Below, piece after piece: positions 24,114 to 34,228 of a stretch of 64,000 nt of DNA. A program made the position numbers and the translations under genes. Position 1 is the stretch's first letter; each line of letters starts with the position of its first letter. The notes beneath the pieces are model-generated. The model searched no databases. It was not told the origin of the DNA and saw only the letters and a program-made list of their open reading frames with translations. The stretch covers positions 128,001-192,000 of the forward strand of contig CAWFFU010000008.1 in assembly GCA_963815215.1 (NCBI GenBank), written 5' to 3'. Source of the DNA: an uncultured Trueperaceae bacterium (GTDB lineage: Bacteria > Deinococcota > Deinococci > Deinococcales > Trueperaceae).

Positions 24114-25043
24114 ATGCGCGAGGTCTTGCGGCACCCTCTCCTGTTCGGCCGCCGCCTGGTCCGCCGCTTCCAGGACGTCCGGCTTCAGATGCTCGCCGCG
24201 GCGCTGGCATACTACGCCACCTTCTCGCTCGGTCCGCTGCTGCTGCTGCTCGCGGGCTGGCTGGGGGTGTTGCTTCGCACCAACCCCGAACTCGCCGCCC
24301 AGTACCGCCGGGCGCTCGACGATCTGCTGAGCCAGGCCCTGCCCCTGCAACAGAACACCGCGGGTCTGGTATCGCACAGCTTCGACGCGGTCCTGCAGGA
24401 GCTGAACCAAGGGGCGCTGCTGCGCACCGCGTTGTCGTTCCTGGTGCTGGTATGGGCGAGCGGCAACTTCTTCACCTCGCTGCAACAGGCGCTCGAGGTC
24501 GTCTTCGACGTCCCACGCGTTCGCGGCTTCTGGCGCAAGCGCTTCGTCGCGGTCGTGCTGGTGCTGAGCGTCGCGCTGGTGATCGCGTTCGAGGTGGTGG
24601 GGGGCGTCTTGATCTCCGGCCTGAACGAGCTCTCGCGCGCCCTTTCGGGGTGGCTCGCGGGATTCAACGTCCACGTTCCGGGGCTGCCACTCGGCACCCG
24701 GTCCGGCTTCGCCGTGGGGACGGTCCGCATCCTGGTGGCGGTGGTGGCGTTCACGCTGACGTTCCGCTACCTCCCGCGCGAGAAGAGCTCCTGGCTCGGC
24801 GCCCTGCTCGGCGCGCTGGTGAGCGCCTTCGGCGTGGTGCTGGTGCGCCAGGCCCTGCTGCTCACCTTCAACGCCGAACGCTTCAACCTCGTCTACGGCT
24901 TCATCACCAGCCTGGTGGCGCTCCTACTGTGGCTGTACCTGGCGCTGATGCTGTTCCTGGTCGGCGCCCTGGTCGCCGCCGAGCTCAGCGCCTGGAGCCG
25001 AGCCGGCGGTCGGCCGACCGATCTCAGCGAGAAGCCGGGATGA
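24114..25043 (+). CDS. YihY/virulence factor BrkB family membrane protein
   Basis: AAALAYYATFSLGPLL, WAS..F..LQ.AL and VYG...SLVALLLWLY motifs. Confidence 0.9.
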   Translation: MREVLRHPLLFGRRLVRRFQDVRLQMLAAALAYYATFSLGPLLLLLAGWLGVLLRTNPELAAQYRRALDDLLSQALPLQQNTAGLVSHSFDAVLQELNQGALLRTALSFLVLVWASGNFFTSLQQALEVVFDVPRVRGFWRKRFVAVVLVLSVALVIAFEVVGGVLISGLNELSRALSGWLAGFNVHVPGLPLGTRSGFAVGTVRILVAVVAFTLTFRYLPREKSSWLGALLGALVSAFGVVLVRQALLLTFNAERFNLVYGFITSLVALLLWLYLALMLFLVGALVAAELSAWSRAGGRPTDLSEKPG

Positions 25044-25089
25044 GCCGCCCCGGTCGCTCGCCCGGCGGCGCAACCCCTACAATCGGAGG

Positions 25090-25740
25090 GTGATACGGCT
25101 TCTCGATCGCCTCGTGCGCGGCAAGTGGTTCTACGTGCTGGCCGTCGTGTCGTTCCGGGCGTTCACCCGCCTCGCATACGGTCTGCGGGTGGAGGACGCC
25201 CATAAGGTGCCCCGCGACGGGCGCGGGCTGGTGGTGGCCTGCAACCACCTCAGCGCCTGGGACCCGCCCGTGGTGGGGGTCTCGGTACCACGGGAGATCC
25301 ACTTCATGGCGAAGAAGGAACTCTTCGAGAGCGCCGGCGGCGCCCTGCTCATGCACGGTCTGCGCGCGTTCCCAGTCGACCGGGCCGCCAACGACATCGG
25401 CGCCATCAAGGCTGCGCTGCGGCAGCTCCGCGGCGGCATGGCGATCGGCATCTTCGCCCAGGGCACCCGCAACCGCGGCGACAAGGAGGCTCTCGACGGG
25501 GCGGCCTACCTGGCGCAGCGAGCCGGGGTTCCGCTCCAGCCGGCCGCGGTGTGGCGGGAGGGTCGTGCCTTCCACGTGCGCTTCGGCGACCCCATCGAGT
25601 CGGTAGGCGGCAAGCGCGAGGCCACACGCCAGTTGACCCGCGAGCTGATGCATCGCCTGGACGCCATGTTGCCGTCCAGCACGCCACTCTTGCAGGACGA
25701 GGCGGGCGAGGACGAGGCGCGCGAGACGGTCTCTCCATAG
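25090..25740 (+). CDS. plsC: Lysophospholipid acyltransferase (PlsC-like)
   Basis: NHLSAWD (HxxxxD), FMAKKELF, FPVDR and IFAQGTR motifs. Confidence 0.88.
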   Translation: MIRLLDRLVRGKWFYVLAVVSFRAFTRLAYGLRVEDAHKVPRDGRGLVVACNHLSAWDPPVVGVSVPREIHFMAKKELFESAGGALLMHGLRAFPVDRAANDIGAIKAALRQLRGGMAIGIFAQGTRNRGDKEALDGAAYLAQRAGVPLQPAAVWREGRAFHVRFGDPIESVGGKREATRQLTRELMHRLDAMLPSSTPLLQDEAGEDEARETVSP

Positions 25741-25794
25741 ACGCGTCCCCAGCGGCGCTGGCGCGTGAAGAATCCGATAAACGCCGTGACAGAC

Positions 25795-25823
25795 TTGCTC
25801 TTCTGGCACCGGTCTGCTACAGT
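25795..25823 (+). promoter_or_regulatory. Putative sigma-70 promoter of hup
   Basis: TTGCTC-N17-TACAGT. Confidence 0.55.
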
Positions 25824-25859
25824 GCACGCAAGTTCAAGGATTCGAGGAGGAGGAGTCGA

Positions 25860-26153
25860 ATGGCCAAGGCTAAGACCGTGTCCAAGGCGGACCTCGTCGA
25901 TATGGTGGCCGACGAGACCGGAATGAAGAAGAAGGAAGTCAAGGAAGTCATGGACACCATGCTGGGCAAGATCAGCACGCACCTGGACAACAACTACAAG
26001 GTGCAGCTGACGGGATTCGGCACCTTCGAGGTCCGTCGCCGTAAGGCGCGCACCGGCGTCAAGCCCGGGACGACCGAGAAGATCAAGATCCCGGCGAGCA
26101 AGTACCCCGCCTTCAAGCCCGGCAAGAGCCTCAAGGAGCGCGTGCGCCAGTAG
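25860..26153 (+). CDS. hup: HU DNA-binding protein
   Basis: VQLTGFGTFEVR.RKARTGVKPGT.EKIKIPASKYPAFKPGK; GAGGAGGAGG SD. Confidence 0.96.
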   Translation: MAKAKTVSKADLVDMVADETGMKKKEVKEVMDTMLGKISTHLDNNYKVQLTGFGTFEVRRRKARTGVKPGTTEKIKIPASKYPAFKPGKSLKERVRQ

Positions 26154-26182
26154 GCTCTCCTCGTTCACGCGAATGTCAGTAC

Positions 26183-26214
26183 GAGAAGGGGCGGCCCCGG
26201 GGCCGCCCCTTCTC
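26183..26214. terminator. Bidirectional hairpin between convergent hup and the membrane-protein gene
   Basis: Perfect 32-bp palindrome GAGAAGGGGCGGCCCCGGGGCCGCCCCTTCTC. Confidence 0.8.
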
Positions 26215-26269
26215 CGTCCCGGCGCGTGGTGCCGTTCGCGGACGTTCCAGCGCCGATCCCGGGCGCGGC

Positions 26270-26653
26270 TCAGGCACGCCGTTGCCACAGGTCGCTCGCC
26301 AGCCAGGCCAACGCACCGAGCGCCAGCGCACCCTCGACCAGGCCGACCGGCACCGCGGCGCGACCGAGTGCATGGAACACCATCGAGAGGGCGCCGGTGG
26401 CCAGCACCAGCACCACGAAACCGTTGCGGGCGGCCCGATCGGCGATCTCGCGGCCCCGCTCGTCCCGTCGCAGGACCGAGCCATCGGCGGTGGTGAGGTA
26501 GCGGCCGCCACGGCGCGCCACCACCAGGACGACGAAGCTCAGACCCCCGAATACGCCGGCGAGGTACCAGGAGCCACCCACGAGTCCCGCCAGCACGGCC
26601 ATCACGGAGGCAACGACCAGACGGGTCGCGACGTACCTGAAAGACATGCTCAT
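26270..26653 (-). CDS. Small membrane protein (DUF2178-like)
   Basis: 4 TM segments with a central DER motif ([18 protein letters not shown]); start overlaps the stop of the XRE gene. Confidence 0.75.
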   Translation of the reverse strand: MSMSFRYVATRLVVASVMAVLAGLVGGSWYLAGVFGGLSFVVLVVARRGGRYLTTADGSVLRRDERGREIADRAARNGFVVLVLATGALSMVFHALGRAAVPVGLVEGALALGALAWLASDLWQRRA

Positions 26654-26922
26654 GGTGCTTCCCCTTCCGGGCGGTCGAGCCAGAACAGACGCTCGACCGC
26701 GATCGACAGTTCCGTAGCCAGGAGGAGTGCCAACGCCACCGAGGGTACGTACCCCCCGCGCTCGATGGCGATGACGGTCTGCCGGGTGACACCGACCCGC
26801 TCCGCCAGCTCGGCCTGGGTGAGCTCGGCCGCCCTGCGTCGCTCGCGCAGGCGGTTGTGTAGCCTGCCTTCGCGAGACGCTCGATCGGGCTGCGCAGGGG
26901 CGGATCGACGTGCGCTCCTCAT
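26650..26922 (-). CDS. XRE/HTH_3 transcriptional regulator
   Basis: NRLRERR...[33 protein letters not shown]...VERLF. Confidence 0.9.
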   Translation of the reverse strand: MRSARRSAPAQPDRASREGRLHNRLRERRRAAELTQAELAERVGVTRQTVIAIERGGYVPSVALALLLATELSIAVERLFWLDRPEGEAP

Positions 26923-26976
26923 GTCAAAGGAACTTTACATCCACGCCCTCCAGATGTCAAGGGGCTTTTACATCCA
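26921..26976 (-). promoter_or_regulatory. Promoter of the XRE operon overlapped by two palindromic operators
   Basis: Minus strand TTGACA(26960-26955)-N17-TAAAGT(26937-26932); two copies of ATGTCAA-N7-TTACATCCA at 26921 and 26954. Confidence 0.8.
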
Positions 26977-27056
26977 GCGCCGACGCGGCCGAGCGCGGGG
27001 CGCGTGCGTCGCTCAGAGGCGCTCCGAAGGTAGGAACGCGGGTATAGCATGGGCGC

Positions 27057-27764
27057 GTGGGTCTCCTGGACATGGTCGGCCCGGTCATGGTGGGGCCGTC
27101 GAGCTCGCACACCGCCGGCGCTTGCCGGCTGGCGTTGCTGGCGCGGCACACCTTGCTCGCACCGCCGACGCAGGCCCGTGTCACGCTGCACGGCTCGTTC
27201 GCCAAGACGGCGCACGGCCACGGCACCGACGTGGCTTTGACGGCCGGGCTGCTGGGCTACTTCCCGGACGATGCACGTATCCCCTCTGCGTTCGAGCACG
27301 CACGTGCGGCCGGGCTCGAGCTCGACTTCGACACCGCCGACCTCGGCGACGTCCACCCCAATTCCGTCCGCCTGGAGCTCACCAACGACGACGAAGCCAT
27401 CGAGGTGACCGGCTCGAGCCTGGGCGGCGGGCTGATCCGCGTGTTCAGCGTGCGCGAGTTCGAGGTCGGCGTCACCGGCGCCTACCACACGCTGCTGGCG
27501 CTGCACGACGACAAGCCGGGGATCATCGCGCGCGTGGCTCGGGTCATCGCCGACGATGAAGCCAACGTTGCGACGCTCCACTCGGCGCGCCGCAAGCGCG
27601 GCGGCCTGGCGATGATGTCCATCGAGGTCGACCGACGTCTGGCCCAATACGCGCTGGACTATCTCACACGCGTGCCCTACATCCACTGGCTGCGAATGCT
27701 GCCCGAGGTGATGAGCGGCGGAGACGCCGAGGCCGCCGCCGGGGCCGGCGTGGAGGCATCGTGA
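27057..27764 (+). CDS. sdaAB: L-serine dehydratase beta subunit (with ACT domain)
   Basis: [30 protein letters not shown] and SLGGG motifs; C-terminal ACT (HDDKPGII). Confidence 0.93.
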   Translation: MGLLDMVGPVMVGPSSSHTAGACRLALLARHTLLAPPTQARVTLHGSFAKTAHGHGTDVALTAGLLGYFPDDARIPSAFEHARAAGLELDFDTADLGDVHPNSVRLELTNDDEAIEVTGSSLGGGLIRVFSVREFEVGVTGAYHTLLALHDDKPGIIARVARVIADDEANVATLHSARRKRGGLAMMSIEVDRRLAQYALDYLTRVPYIHWLRMLPEVMSGGDAEAAAGAGVEAS

Positions 27765-28603
27765 CGCTCGCCGAGCTGGCCGCCGCCCCCGGCCGCGCCT
27801 CGGAGCTGGCGCTCGCCGACGAGGTCGGCACCGACCAGACCGAACGCCAGCGCGTGCTGGCGGGGATGCGCGCGCGCATCCGGGCGATGCGTGACGCGAT
27901 CGAACGCGGCCTCGCCTCCGCCGAGCCGAGCCGCACCGGCATGGTGGGTTGGAACGCGAAGGGGCTGTGGGACGCCGACGACGTCCTCCGGGCTCCCCTG
28001 CTCAAGCGCGTCCAGGCCTACGCCATGGCCGTCAACGAGGAGAACGCCCGCATGGGGCGGATCGTGGCGGCCCCCACCGCCGGCAGCGCGGGTACCGTGC
28101 CCGGCGCCCTGCTGGGTGTCGCCGACCACCTGGGTCTCGACGACGACGCGCTGGTCCTGCCGCTGGTGCTCGCGGCGGCCATCGGCGACGCCATCCAGGC
28201 CAAGATGTTCATCGCCGGCTCGACCGGCGGCTGTCAGGCCGAGATCGGCTCGTCCGCCGCCATGGCGGCGGCCGCCGTCACCGAGCTGCTGGGAGGCGAC
28301 GCGCACGCCAGCGTGCATGCGGCCGCCATGGCCCTCATGAACACCATCGGCCTGGTGTGCGATCCGGTGGGCGGCTACGTCGAGGTGCCCTGCGTGTCGC
28401 GCAACGCCTTCTACAGCGTGCATGCCGTCAGCTCCGCCCAGCTCGCGCTGGCGGGCCTGACCTCGGTCATCCCGCCGGACGAGGTGGTGCAGGCGATGGC
28501 CTCGGTCGGCCGGATGCTGCCTCCGGAGCTGCGCGAGACCGGCGAGGGCGGCATCGCCGACACCGAGACCGGCCGCCGCATCGCGCTCAAGCTGGCCCGC
28601 TGA
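27761..28603 (+). CDS. sdaAA: L-serine dehydratase alpha subunit (Fe-S)
   Basis: [34 protein letters not shown] and LRETGEGG motifs. Confidence 0.95.
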   Translation: MTLAELAAAPGRASELALADEVGTDQTERQRVLAGMRARIRAMRDAIERGLASAEPSRTGMVGWNAKGLWDADDVLRAPLLKRVQAYAMAVNEENARMGRIVAAPTAGSAGTVPGALLGVADHLGLDDDALVLPLVLAAAIGDAIQAKMFIAGSTGGCQAEIGSSAAMAAAAVTELLGGDAHASVHAAAMALMNTIGLVCDPVGGYVEVPCVSRNAFYSVHAVSSAQLALAGLTSVIPPDEVVQAMASVGRMLPPELRETGEGGIADTETGRRIALKLAR

Positions 28604-28754
28604 GACGCCGTTCGGCGCTCCGTGGGGCGCGCGGCCGTGTCGGCCGCAGCACCGGGACGACGTTTCGGGTCGCGTAGCGTCGCTTGACGGGGGGCACGCA
28701 GCGCCCCCCGAACGTCCCCGTTCGCACGCGCCTCGTGAGGAGGTGGACGCCAGC

Positions 28755-30176
28755 ATGAACCGTCCACGCGTGATCATCGTCGGTGCAGGCTTCGCGGGCT
28801 TGAACGCCGCGAAGGAGCTGAAGCACGCCCCTGTCGACGTACTCATCATCGACCAGCACAACTACCACACCTTCCAGCCGCTGCTCTACCAGGTGGCAAC
28901 CGCCGGCCTCGACGTCAGCGACGTGGCCCACCAGGTGCGCGACATCTTCCGGCGCCAGGAGAACCTGCGCTTCCGCCAGGGCACCGTCTCCGGCGTCGAC
29001 TGGGACGCGCGCGAGCTCGAGCTCGCCGACGGCGCCCGGCTGGCGTTCGACTCGCTGATCCTCGCCGCCGGCGCGATCTACGACGACTTCGGCGTTCCCG
29101 GCGTGAAGCGCTACGGCTACATGATCAAGAGCGTCTCGGAGGCCAACACCTTGCGCAGCCACATCCTGCGCCGCTTCGAGCGCGCCAGCGCCGACCCGGC
29201 GGTGGTCGACGAGGGAGCGTTGACCTTCGTGCTGGTCGGTGCCGGGCCGACCGGCGTGGAGATGGCGGGAGCGCTGGTGGAGCTCTTCGAGCGGGTGGTG
29301 CCGCTCGACTTCCCGGAGCTCGACGCCTCCAAGGCGCGCGTCATCATGCTCGAGATGACCGACAGGGTGCTCCCGCCGTTCGACCCGCGCTCGCGGCGCT
29401 ACGCCGAGCGAGTGCTCAGGCGCCGCGGCGTGGACGTGCGCCTGGGCGCCAAGGTGTCGGAGGTCCGCGAGACCGAGGTGGTGCTCGACTCCGGCGAGAC
29501 CATCCCGACCCACACGCTCATCTGGGCCGCCGGCGTGCGCGGCCACCCGTTGGCCGAGGCGCTGGGGCTCGAGCTCGGCAAGGGCTATCGCGTCCCCGCC
29601 CGGGGCGACCTCAGCCTCCCCGACCATCCCGACGTGTTCGCCGTCGGCGACCTCTCAGGCGCAGTCGACGAGGAGGGCAACCCCTACCCGCAAGTGGCGC
29701 AGGTGGCCATCCAGCAGGGGCGCCATGCCGCCCGCATGGTGCGGCGCTCGCTCGAGGACGAGCCGCGCCAGCGCTTCCACTACGCCGATCGCGGAATGAT
29801 GGCGATCGTGGGCCGCAACGCCGGCGTCGCCGAGCTCTCGCGCCGCTTCGGCGGTCTCAAGCTGCGCGGCTTCGTGGGGTGGCTGGGCTGGCTGTTCCTC
29901 CACCTTCTCTACCTGCCGGGCTTCAAGAACCGCGTCAGCACGCTGGTGAACTGGATCTACAACTACCTGACCTACGAGCGCCACGCCCGCCTGATCCTGG
30001 AGTCGGCCCCGTCGCCGGCCGAGGTGGCCGACCGCGAGGGCGCGCTGGCCACGCAGGAGGAGGCCCTGGGCGCGCCGCCGGCGAACCGCAAGAGCGCTCC
30101 GGCTCCCCGGCGGGCCGCGCCGGGTCCCGACACCGGCGACGTCGAAGACGGCGAGCGGGAACCCGCGAAGGCCTGA
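28755..30176 (+). CDS. ndh: Type II NADH dehydrogenase-family FAD oxidoreductase
   Basis: GAGFAG, FQPLLYQVATA, GAGPTGVEMAG, IWAAGV and AQVAIQQG motifs. Confidence 0.88.
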   Translation: MNRPRVIIVGAGFAGLNAAKELKHAPVDVLIIDQHNYHTFQPLLYQVATAGLDVSDVAHQVRDIFRRQENLRFRQGTVSGVDWDARELELADGARLAFDSLILAAGAIYDDFGVPGVKRYGYMIKSVSEANTLRSHILRRFERASADPAVVDEGALTFVLVGAGPTGVEMAGALVELFERVVPLDFPELDASKARVIMLEMTDRVLPPFDPRSRRYAERVLRRRGVDVRLGAKVSEVRETEVVLDSGETIPTHTLIWAAGVRGHPLAEALGLELGKGYRVPARGDLSLPDHPDVFAVGDLSGAVDEEGNPYPQVAQVAIQQGRHAARMVRRSLEDEPRQRFHYADRGMMAIVGRNAGVAELSRRFGGLKLRGFVGWLGWLFLHLLYLPGFKNRVSTLVNWIYNYLTYERHARLILESAPSPAEVADREGALATQEEALGAPPANRKSAPAPRRAAPGPDTGDVEDGEREPAKA

Positions 30177-30232
30177 AGGTGGACGGCTCCAGGTGCTGCG
30201 GGAGCCGCAGGCGCCGCTGGTAGGATGACGCC

Positions 30233-31048
30233 ATGCCCAGCCCGGATCCCCGTACCCCGTTCCTGCACTCGGCCATCCGCGCCGCCCGCGACGCCGCGCG
30301 GATCCAACTCGCCCACCTCGGCAGCGATCTCGAGATCGATACCAAGTCGAGCGACGTCGACATCGTCACGCAGGTCGACCGCTTGTGCGAGGCACGCATC
30401 CGCGAGGTCCTGCTCAGCGACTACCCTGATCACAGCGTGCTCGGCGAGGAGACAGGCGCGGCGCGGGGCCGCGCCGAAGGCGTCCGCTACCGTTGGATCG
30501 TCGATCCGCTCGACGGCACGGTCAACTACGCCCACGGCTTCCCGTTCTTCTGCGTCTCGATCGCCCTGGAGATCGACGGGCGGGTCGAGGTGGGGGTGGT
30601 GCTCGACGGCTGGGGGGACGAGCTGTTCACCGCCGTGGCGGGCGAAGGCGCCTCCCTCAATGGCAGCCCTATGCACGTGAGCACCGAGACCACTCCCAAG
30701 CGCGCGCTCCTGGGCACCGGCTTCGCCTACGTCGACGACACCATCCACCGGAACCTGGAGGTGTTCGCGCGGATGCTGCCGCAGGTCCAGTCGATCCGCC
30801 GGCCGGGCGCCGCCGCTCTCGACCTGTGCTCGGTGGCCGCCGGGCGGCTGGACGGCTTCTGGGAGATCGGCCTGAATCCCTGGGACGTCGCGGCCGGCAA
30901 CCTCATCGTGCAGGAGGCGGGAGGCACCGTCACCGCCGCCGACGGGAGCCCCTACCGGCTCGGCGAGCCCACCTTGGTGGCGAGCAACGGGCACCTTCAC
31001 GGCAAGCTGCTCTCCATGCTGGATCTCGGCTCGCCCGTGGCGGGGTGA
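30233..31048 (+). CDS. suhB: Inositol monophosphatase family protein
   Basis: WIVDPLDGTVNYAHG, G.AALDL..VA.GRLDG and WDVAAG motifs. Confidence 0.9.
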   Translation: MPSPDPRTPFLHSAIRAARDAARIQLAHLGSDLEIDTKSSDVDIVTQVDRLCEARIREVLLSDYPDHSVLGEETGAARGRAEGVRYRWIVDPLDGTVNYAHGFPFFCVSIALEIDGRVEVGVVLDGWGDELFTAVAGEGASLNGSPMHVSTETTPKRALLGTGFAYVDDTIHRNLEVFARMLPQVQSIRRPGAAALDLCSVAAGRLDGFWEIGLNPWDVAAGNLIVQEAGGTVTAADGSPYRLGEPTLVASNGHLHGKLLSMLDLGSPVAG

Positions 31049-31290
31049 CGGCCGCCGGCACGGCGCCCTCCGCGGACCGGCGCGAGGCCCTGAGCACGCT
31101 GTTCGAGCGCGCCGCCGGGCGCCGCGGCCGCGTGCGGCTGGTCTACGGCAGCGTTCCCTATGTGGTGGAGGTGCTGGCCTTCGACGGTCAGCTGATCACC
31201 GGTGCCGACCCGCAGCGCGGCGCGCTCCGCTTCCGGCTCGCTCGCGTCAGCGAAGCGACCGAACTGCCGACCAGCGATCCCCTGTTCTAG
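31045..31290 (+). CDS. Small hypothetical protein, WYL/SH3-like
   Basis: 81 aa; GTG overlaps the suhB stop (GTGA); V.L.Y ... RFRLARV pattern. Confidence 0.6.
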   Translation: MTAAGTAPSADRREALSTLFERAAGRRGRVRLVYGSVPYVVEVLAFDGQLITGADPQRGALRFRLARVSEATELPTSDPLF

Positions 31291-31305
31291 CGCACACGCC
31301 GTCCG

Positions 31306-32271
31306 CTACGCCTGGCCGCGCGCGTCCTCGAAGAGCTCCGTGCTCACGTAACGGGCGGCCGTGTCGGCGGCGAGAGTGAGCACCACTTTCCCCGGCCCCA
31401 GCTCGCGCGCCACCTGCAGCGCAGCGGTGACGGCCGCTCCCGAGGACATGCCCACGAACACGCCCTCCTCGCGCGCCAGCCTGCGCGCCAGCGGGAAGGC
31501 GTCCTCCTCGTAGATCATCTTGCACTCGTCGAGCAGCGCCAGGTCCAGGTTCTTGGGCAAGAATCCAGGCCCCATCCCCTGGAACTTGTGCTGACCACGT
31601 TCGAAGCCGTTGATGACGGCGCTCCGGGCCGGTTCGACGCCCACCAGCCTCAGGCTCGGCTTCTGCTCCTTGAAGTAGCGGCCGATGCCGGAGATCGACC
31701 CACCGGTGCCGCTGCCCCACACGAAGGCGTCGATACGCCCCTGCATCTGGCGCCACAGTTCGGGCCCCGTCACCCGGTAGTGCACGCGCGGGTTGGCGGG
31801 GTTCTCGAACTGGTTGGGCATGTACGCGCCCGTCTCCTCCACGATCGCCTTCGCGCGCGGGATGGCCCCCTGCATGCGCAGCTCGCCCGGCGTGAACTCG
31901 AGCTCGGCGCCGTAGGCGCGCAGCGTCTTGACCCGTTCCTGGCTCATGTTGTCGGGGAGCACGATGATGCACCGATACCCGCGCACCGCTGCGAGGAAGG
32001 CCAGCCCGATACCGGTGTTCCCGCTGGTGGGCTCCACGATGCGCTGCCCCGAGCCCGGCGTCAACAGACCGCGTTCCTCGGCGTCCTCGATCAGGCCCAG
32101 TGCGGTACGGTCCTTGATGCTGCCGGCGGGGTTGGCGCCCTCCAGCTTGAGCCACACCTCGGCCATGTCCGGCTCGACCACGCTCTGCAGCTTGATCACC
32201 GGCGTGTTGCCGATGAGCGCGTCCATCCGCCGGGGTTCGGGCATGTCGGGGTTCTGAGGGCGCGGGGTCAT
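31306..32271 (-). CDS. cysK: Cysteine synthase
   Basis: IGNTP, KLEGANPAGSIKDR, EPTSGNTG, NQFENPAN and GTGGS motifs. Confidence 0.93.
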   Translation of the reverse strand: MTPRPQNPDMPEPRRMDALIGNTPVIKLQSVVEPDMAEVWLKLEGANPAGSIKDRTALGLIEDAEERGLLTPGSGQRIVEPTSGNTGIGLAFLAAVRGYRCIIVLPDNMSQERVKTLRAYGAELEFTPGELRMQGAIPRAKAIVEETGAYMPNQFENPANPRVHYRVTGPELWRQMQGRIDAFVWGSGTGGSISGIGRYFKEQKPSLRLVGVEPARSAVINGFERGQHKFQGMGPGFLPKNLDLALLDECKMIYEEDAFPLARRLAREEGVFVGMSSGAAVTAALQVARELGPGKVVLTLAADTAARYVSTELFEDARGQA

Positions 32272-32330
32272 GCACGAGTCTACGTGCACCGGGCGGGAGC
32301 CGATGTTGCGGCTTCTGCTATCGTGAAGAC

Positions 32331-32636
32331 GTGAACGAGGCCGCCCTGGTGCGCTACTTCCGTGAGCTCCGGCGTGCGGTCGCGCGGGGCAACCGCGGCC
32401 TCGAGGCGCAGCCCTACCGTCACGGCACCTTCCTGGTCGACGCCTGTGCGGGAGACGTCGAGTTGACCGTCAGCGACGTCACCGAGGAGGACGCGGTGCT
32501 GATCGCCGCTGAACTCGGCGAACTCGGCGTGCGCGCCGTGGTCCGCGGCAGCCGGCTCTGCCCCCATTGTGGTGCGCGCGTGCCCGAGCAGGCTTCGTGC
32601 ATCCGCTGCCGACGCCCGCTGGACACGGCGGCCTGA
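32331..32636 (+). CDS. Hypothetical protein with C-terminal zinc ribbon
   Basis: CPHC-x10-CIRC; TATCGT 6 nt before the GTG. Confidence 0.72.
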   Translation: MNEAALVRYFRELRRAVARGNRGLEAQPYRHGTFLVDACAGDVELTVSDVTEEDAVLIAAELGELGVRAVVRGSRLCPHCGARVPEQASCIRCRRPLDTAA

Positions 32637-32658
32637 CGGGCCGCGGTGTCCCGGGGAG

Positions 32659-33552
32659 TCAGGCGGCCGCCCGCACCCCGTCCAGCGATCGCCGCTCCGC
32701 CTCCGTCAACCCCACCAGCTTCTCGCTCAGGGCCCACAACCGCTCCGTGGTCGCCGGATCGCGCGCCGGCGTACGGAGCCGCAGCGGCTTGAGGTCGGCG
32801 TAGTACGCGCCCGAGACGTCGGCGACTTCCGGCGAGAGCGCCAGGTAGAGGCCCGTCTCCGCGCCCTTCACGGGGGTGCGCGCGAACAGGCGAGCGGCCA
32901 GGCCCAGCAACCTGTTCATGAGCGTGGTGCCGCTACCGAAGCCGGAGTCGACGAAGCCCGGGTGGAAGGCGTTGGCCGTCACGGAGGTGGCCTGGAGTCG
33001 CCGAGCCAGCGCGGTGGTGAACGCCACGTTGGCGAGCTTCGACTGACCGTAGGCAGCCCAGCCACTGTAGCCGCGCTCCAGCATGGGGTCGTCCAGACGG
33101 AGGCGAGCGGCCCGCGACGCCTCCGACGCGGTGCCCACCACCCGCGCCGCGTCAGCGTGCAGCAGGGGCTCGGCCAGCAGGTGCGTCAGCAGGAAGGGTG
33201 CCAGGTGGTTGAGTGCGAAGGTCGCCTCGTAGCCCTCGGCCGTGGTTTGCCGGCGCGTGAAGTAGGCGCCGGCGTTGTTGAGTAGAAGGTCGATCCGGTC
33301 GGTGCGCTCCCGCACCCGGCCGGCCACATCGCGCACCTCGGCCATCGAGGACAGGTCGGCGGGCAGGAAGTCGATGGCGGTGTTGCCGGTGGCGGCACGC
33401 AGGTCCTCCACGACCCGCTCGCCGGCTCCCCCCGCGCGCGAGATCGTCAACACGCTCGCGCCCTGCTCGGCCAGCCCGCGCGCCAGTTCCCGGCCGATGC
33501 CCGAGCTGGCGCCGGTCACCACCGCAACCTTCCCTGACAGATTGGTCTCCAT
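32659..33552 (-). CDS. SDR family oxidoreductase (retinol dehydrogenase-like)
   Basis: TGASSGIG, NNAG, NHLAPF, YGQSK and HPGFV motifs. Confidence 0.92.
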   Translation of the reverse strand: METNLSGKVAVVTGASSGIGRELARGLAEQGASVLTISRAGGAGERVVEDLRAATGNTAIDFLPADLSSMAEVRDVAGRVRERTDRIDLLLNNAGAYFTRRQTTAEGYEATFALNHLAPFLLTHLLAEPLLHADAARVVGTASEASRAARLRLDDPMLERGYSGWAAYGQSKLANVAFTTALARRLQATSVTANAFHPGFVDSGFGSGTTLMNRLLGLAARLFARTPVKGAETGLYLALSPEVADVSGAYYADLKPLRLRTPARDPATTERLWALSEKLVGLTEAERRSLDGVRAAA

Positions 33553-33622
33553 GCCCCATGCTAGAGGCGACATCCGTTCCGTTCGGTAAGGCAGGCCGCC
33601 AACGGATGGCCGCGGCCCCCGC

Positions 33623-34228
33623 TCAAGCGAGCAGCCGGGCGAGTCCCACCACGATCTGATAGGCCGCGAACCCCGCCAGCGCCACCACGGAGGCTGCCAA
33701 CAACGTGCGCCGCAGGCGCGCGCCCGCATGCGCAGCGGACCCGAACACCACGATCAGCGCACCGGTCGCCGCCACCATGACCCCATAGAAGGCGACCATG
33801 AACCCCAGCGCGTGCGGCGGCGCCGCCCGCCACGCTGCGATGACGATGGGCGCGCCGACGAGTCCCCAGAACAGCCACGGATTGGGATTGAGCAGGTTGG
33901 TGAGCGCGCCCTTCAGGACACCGCCGTAGCCCGCTCCGTCCGCCGTCGGCCCGGCGGCCAGAGCCCGCAGCGCGCCGTAGGCGAGGTAGGCGACGAACAC
34001 GCCTCCGGCGACGCGCATCCCCTCCACTAGCACCACCGGGAAGCGGCTCACCACCATGAACACCAGGACCAGGACAGGGCCGTCGGACAGCAGCGGCGCC
34101 AGCGCCACCGGAAGCGTTCGGCGCCAGCCGTGCCGGGCCGACTCCGACAGCAGGTACGCCTGGAACGGGCCGGGCAGCACCGCAGCCGAGAGCCCGAGCA
34201 CCGCCCCCTGCAACAGGAGCTCGGTCAA
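33623..34228 (-). CDS. LysE family translocator
   Basis: LPGP, SDGP, GG.FVAYLAY and NLLNPNPWLFW motifs; TTG overlaps the menC stop. Confidence 0.85.
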   Translation of the reverse strand: MTELLLQGAVLGLSAAVLPGPFQAYLLSESARHGWRRTLPVALAPLLSDGPVLVLVFMVVSRFPVVLVEGMRVAGGVFVAYLAYGALRALAAGPTADGAGYGGVLKGALTNLLNPNPWLFWGLVGAPIVIAAWRAAPPHALGFMVAFYGVMVAATGALIVVFGSAAHAGARLRRTLLAASVVALAGFAAYQIVVGLARLLA

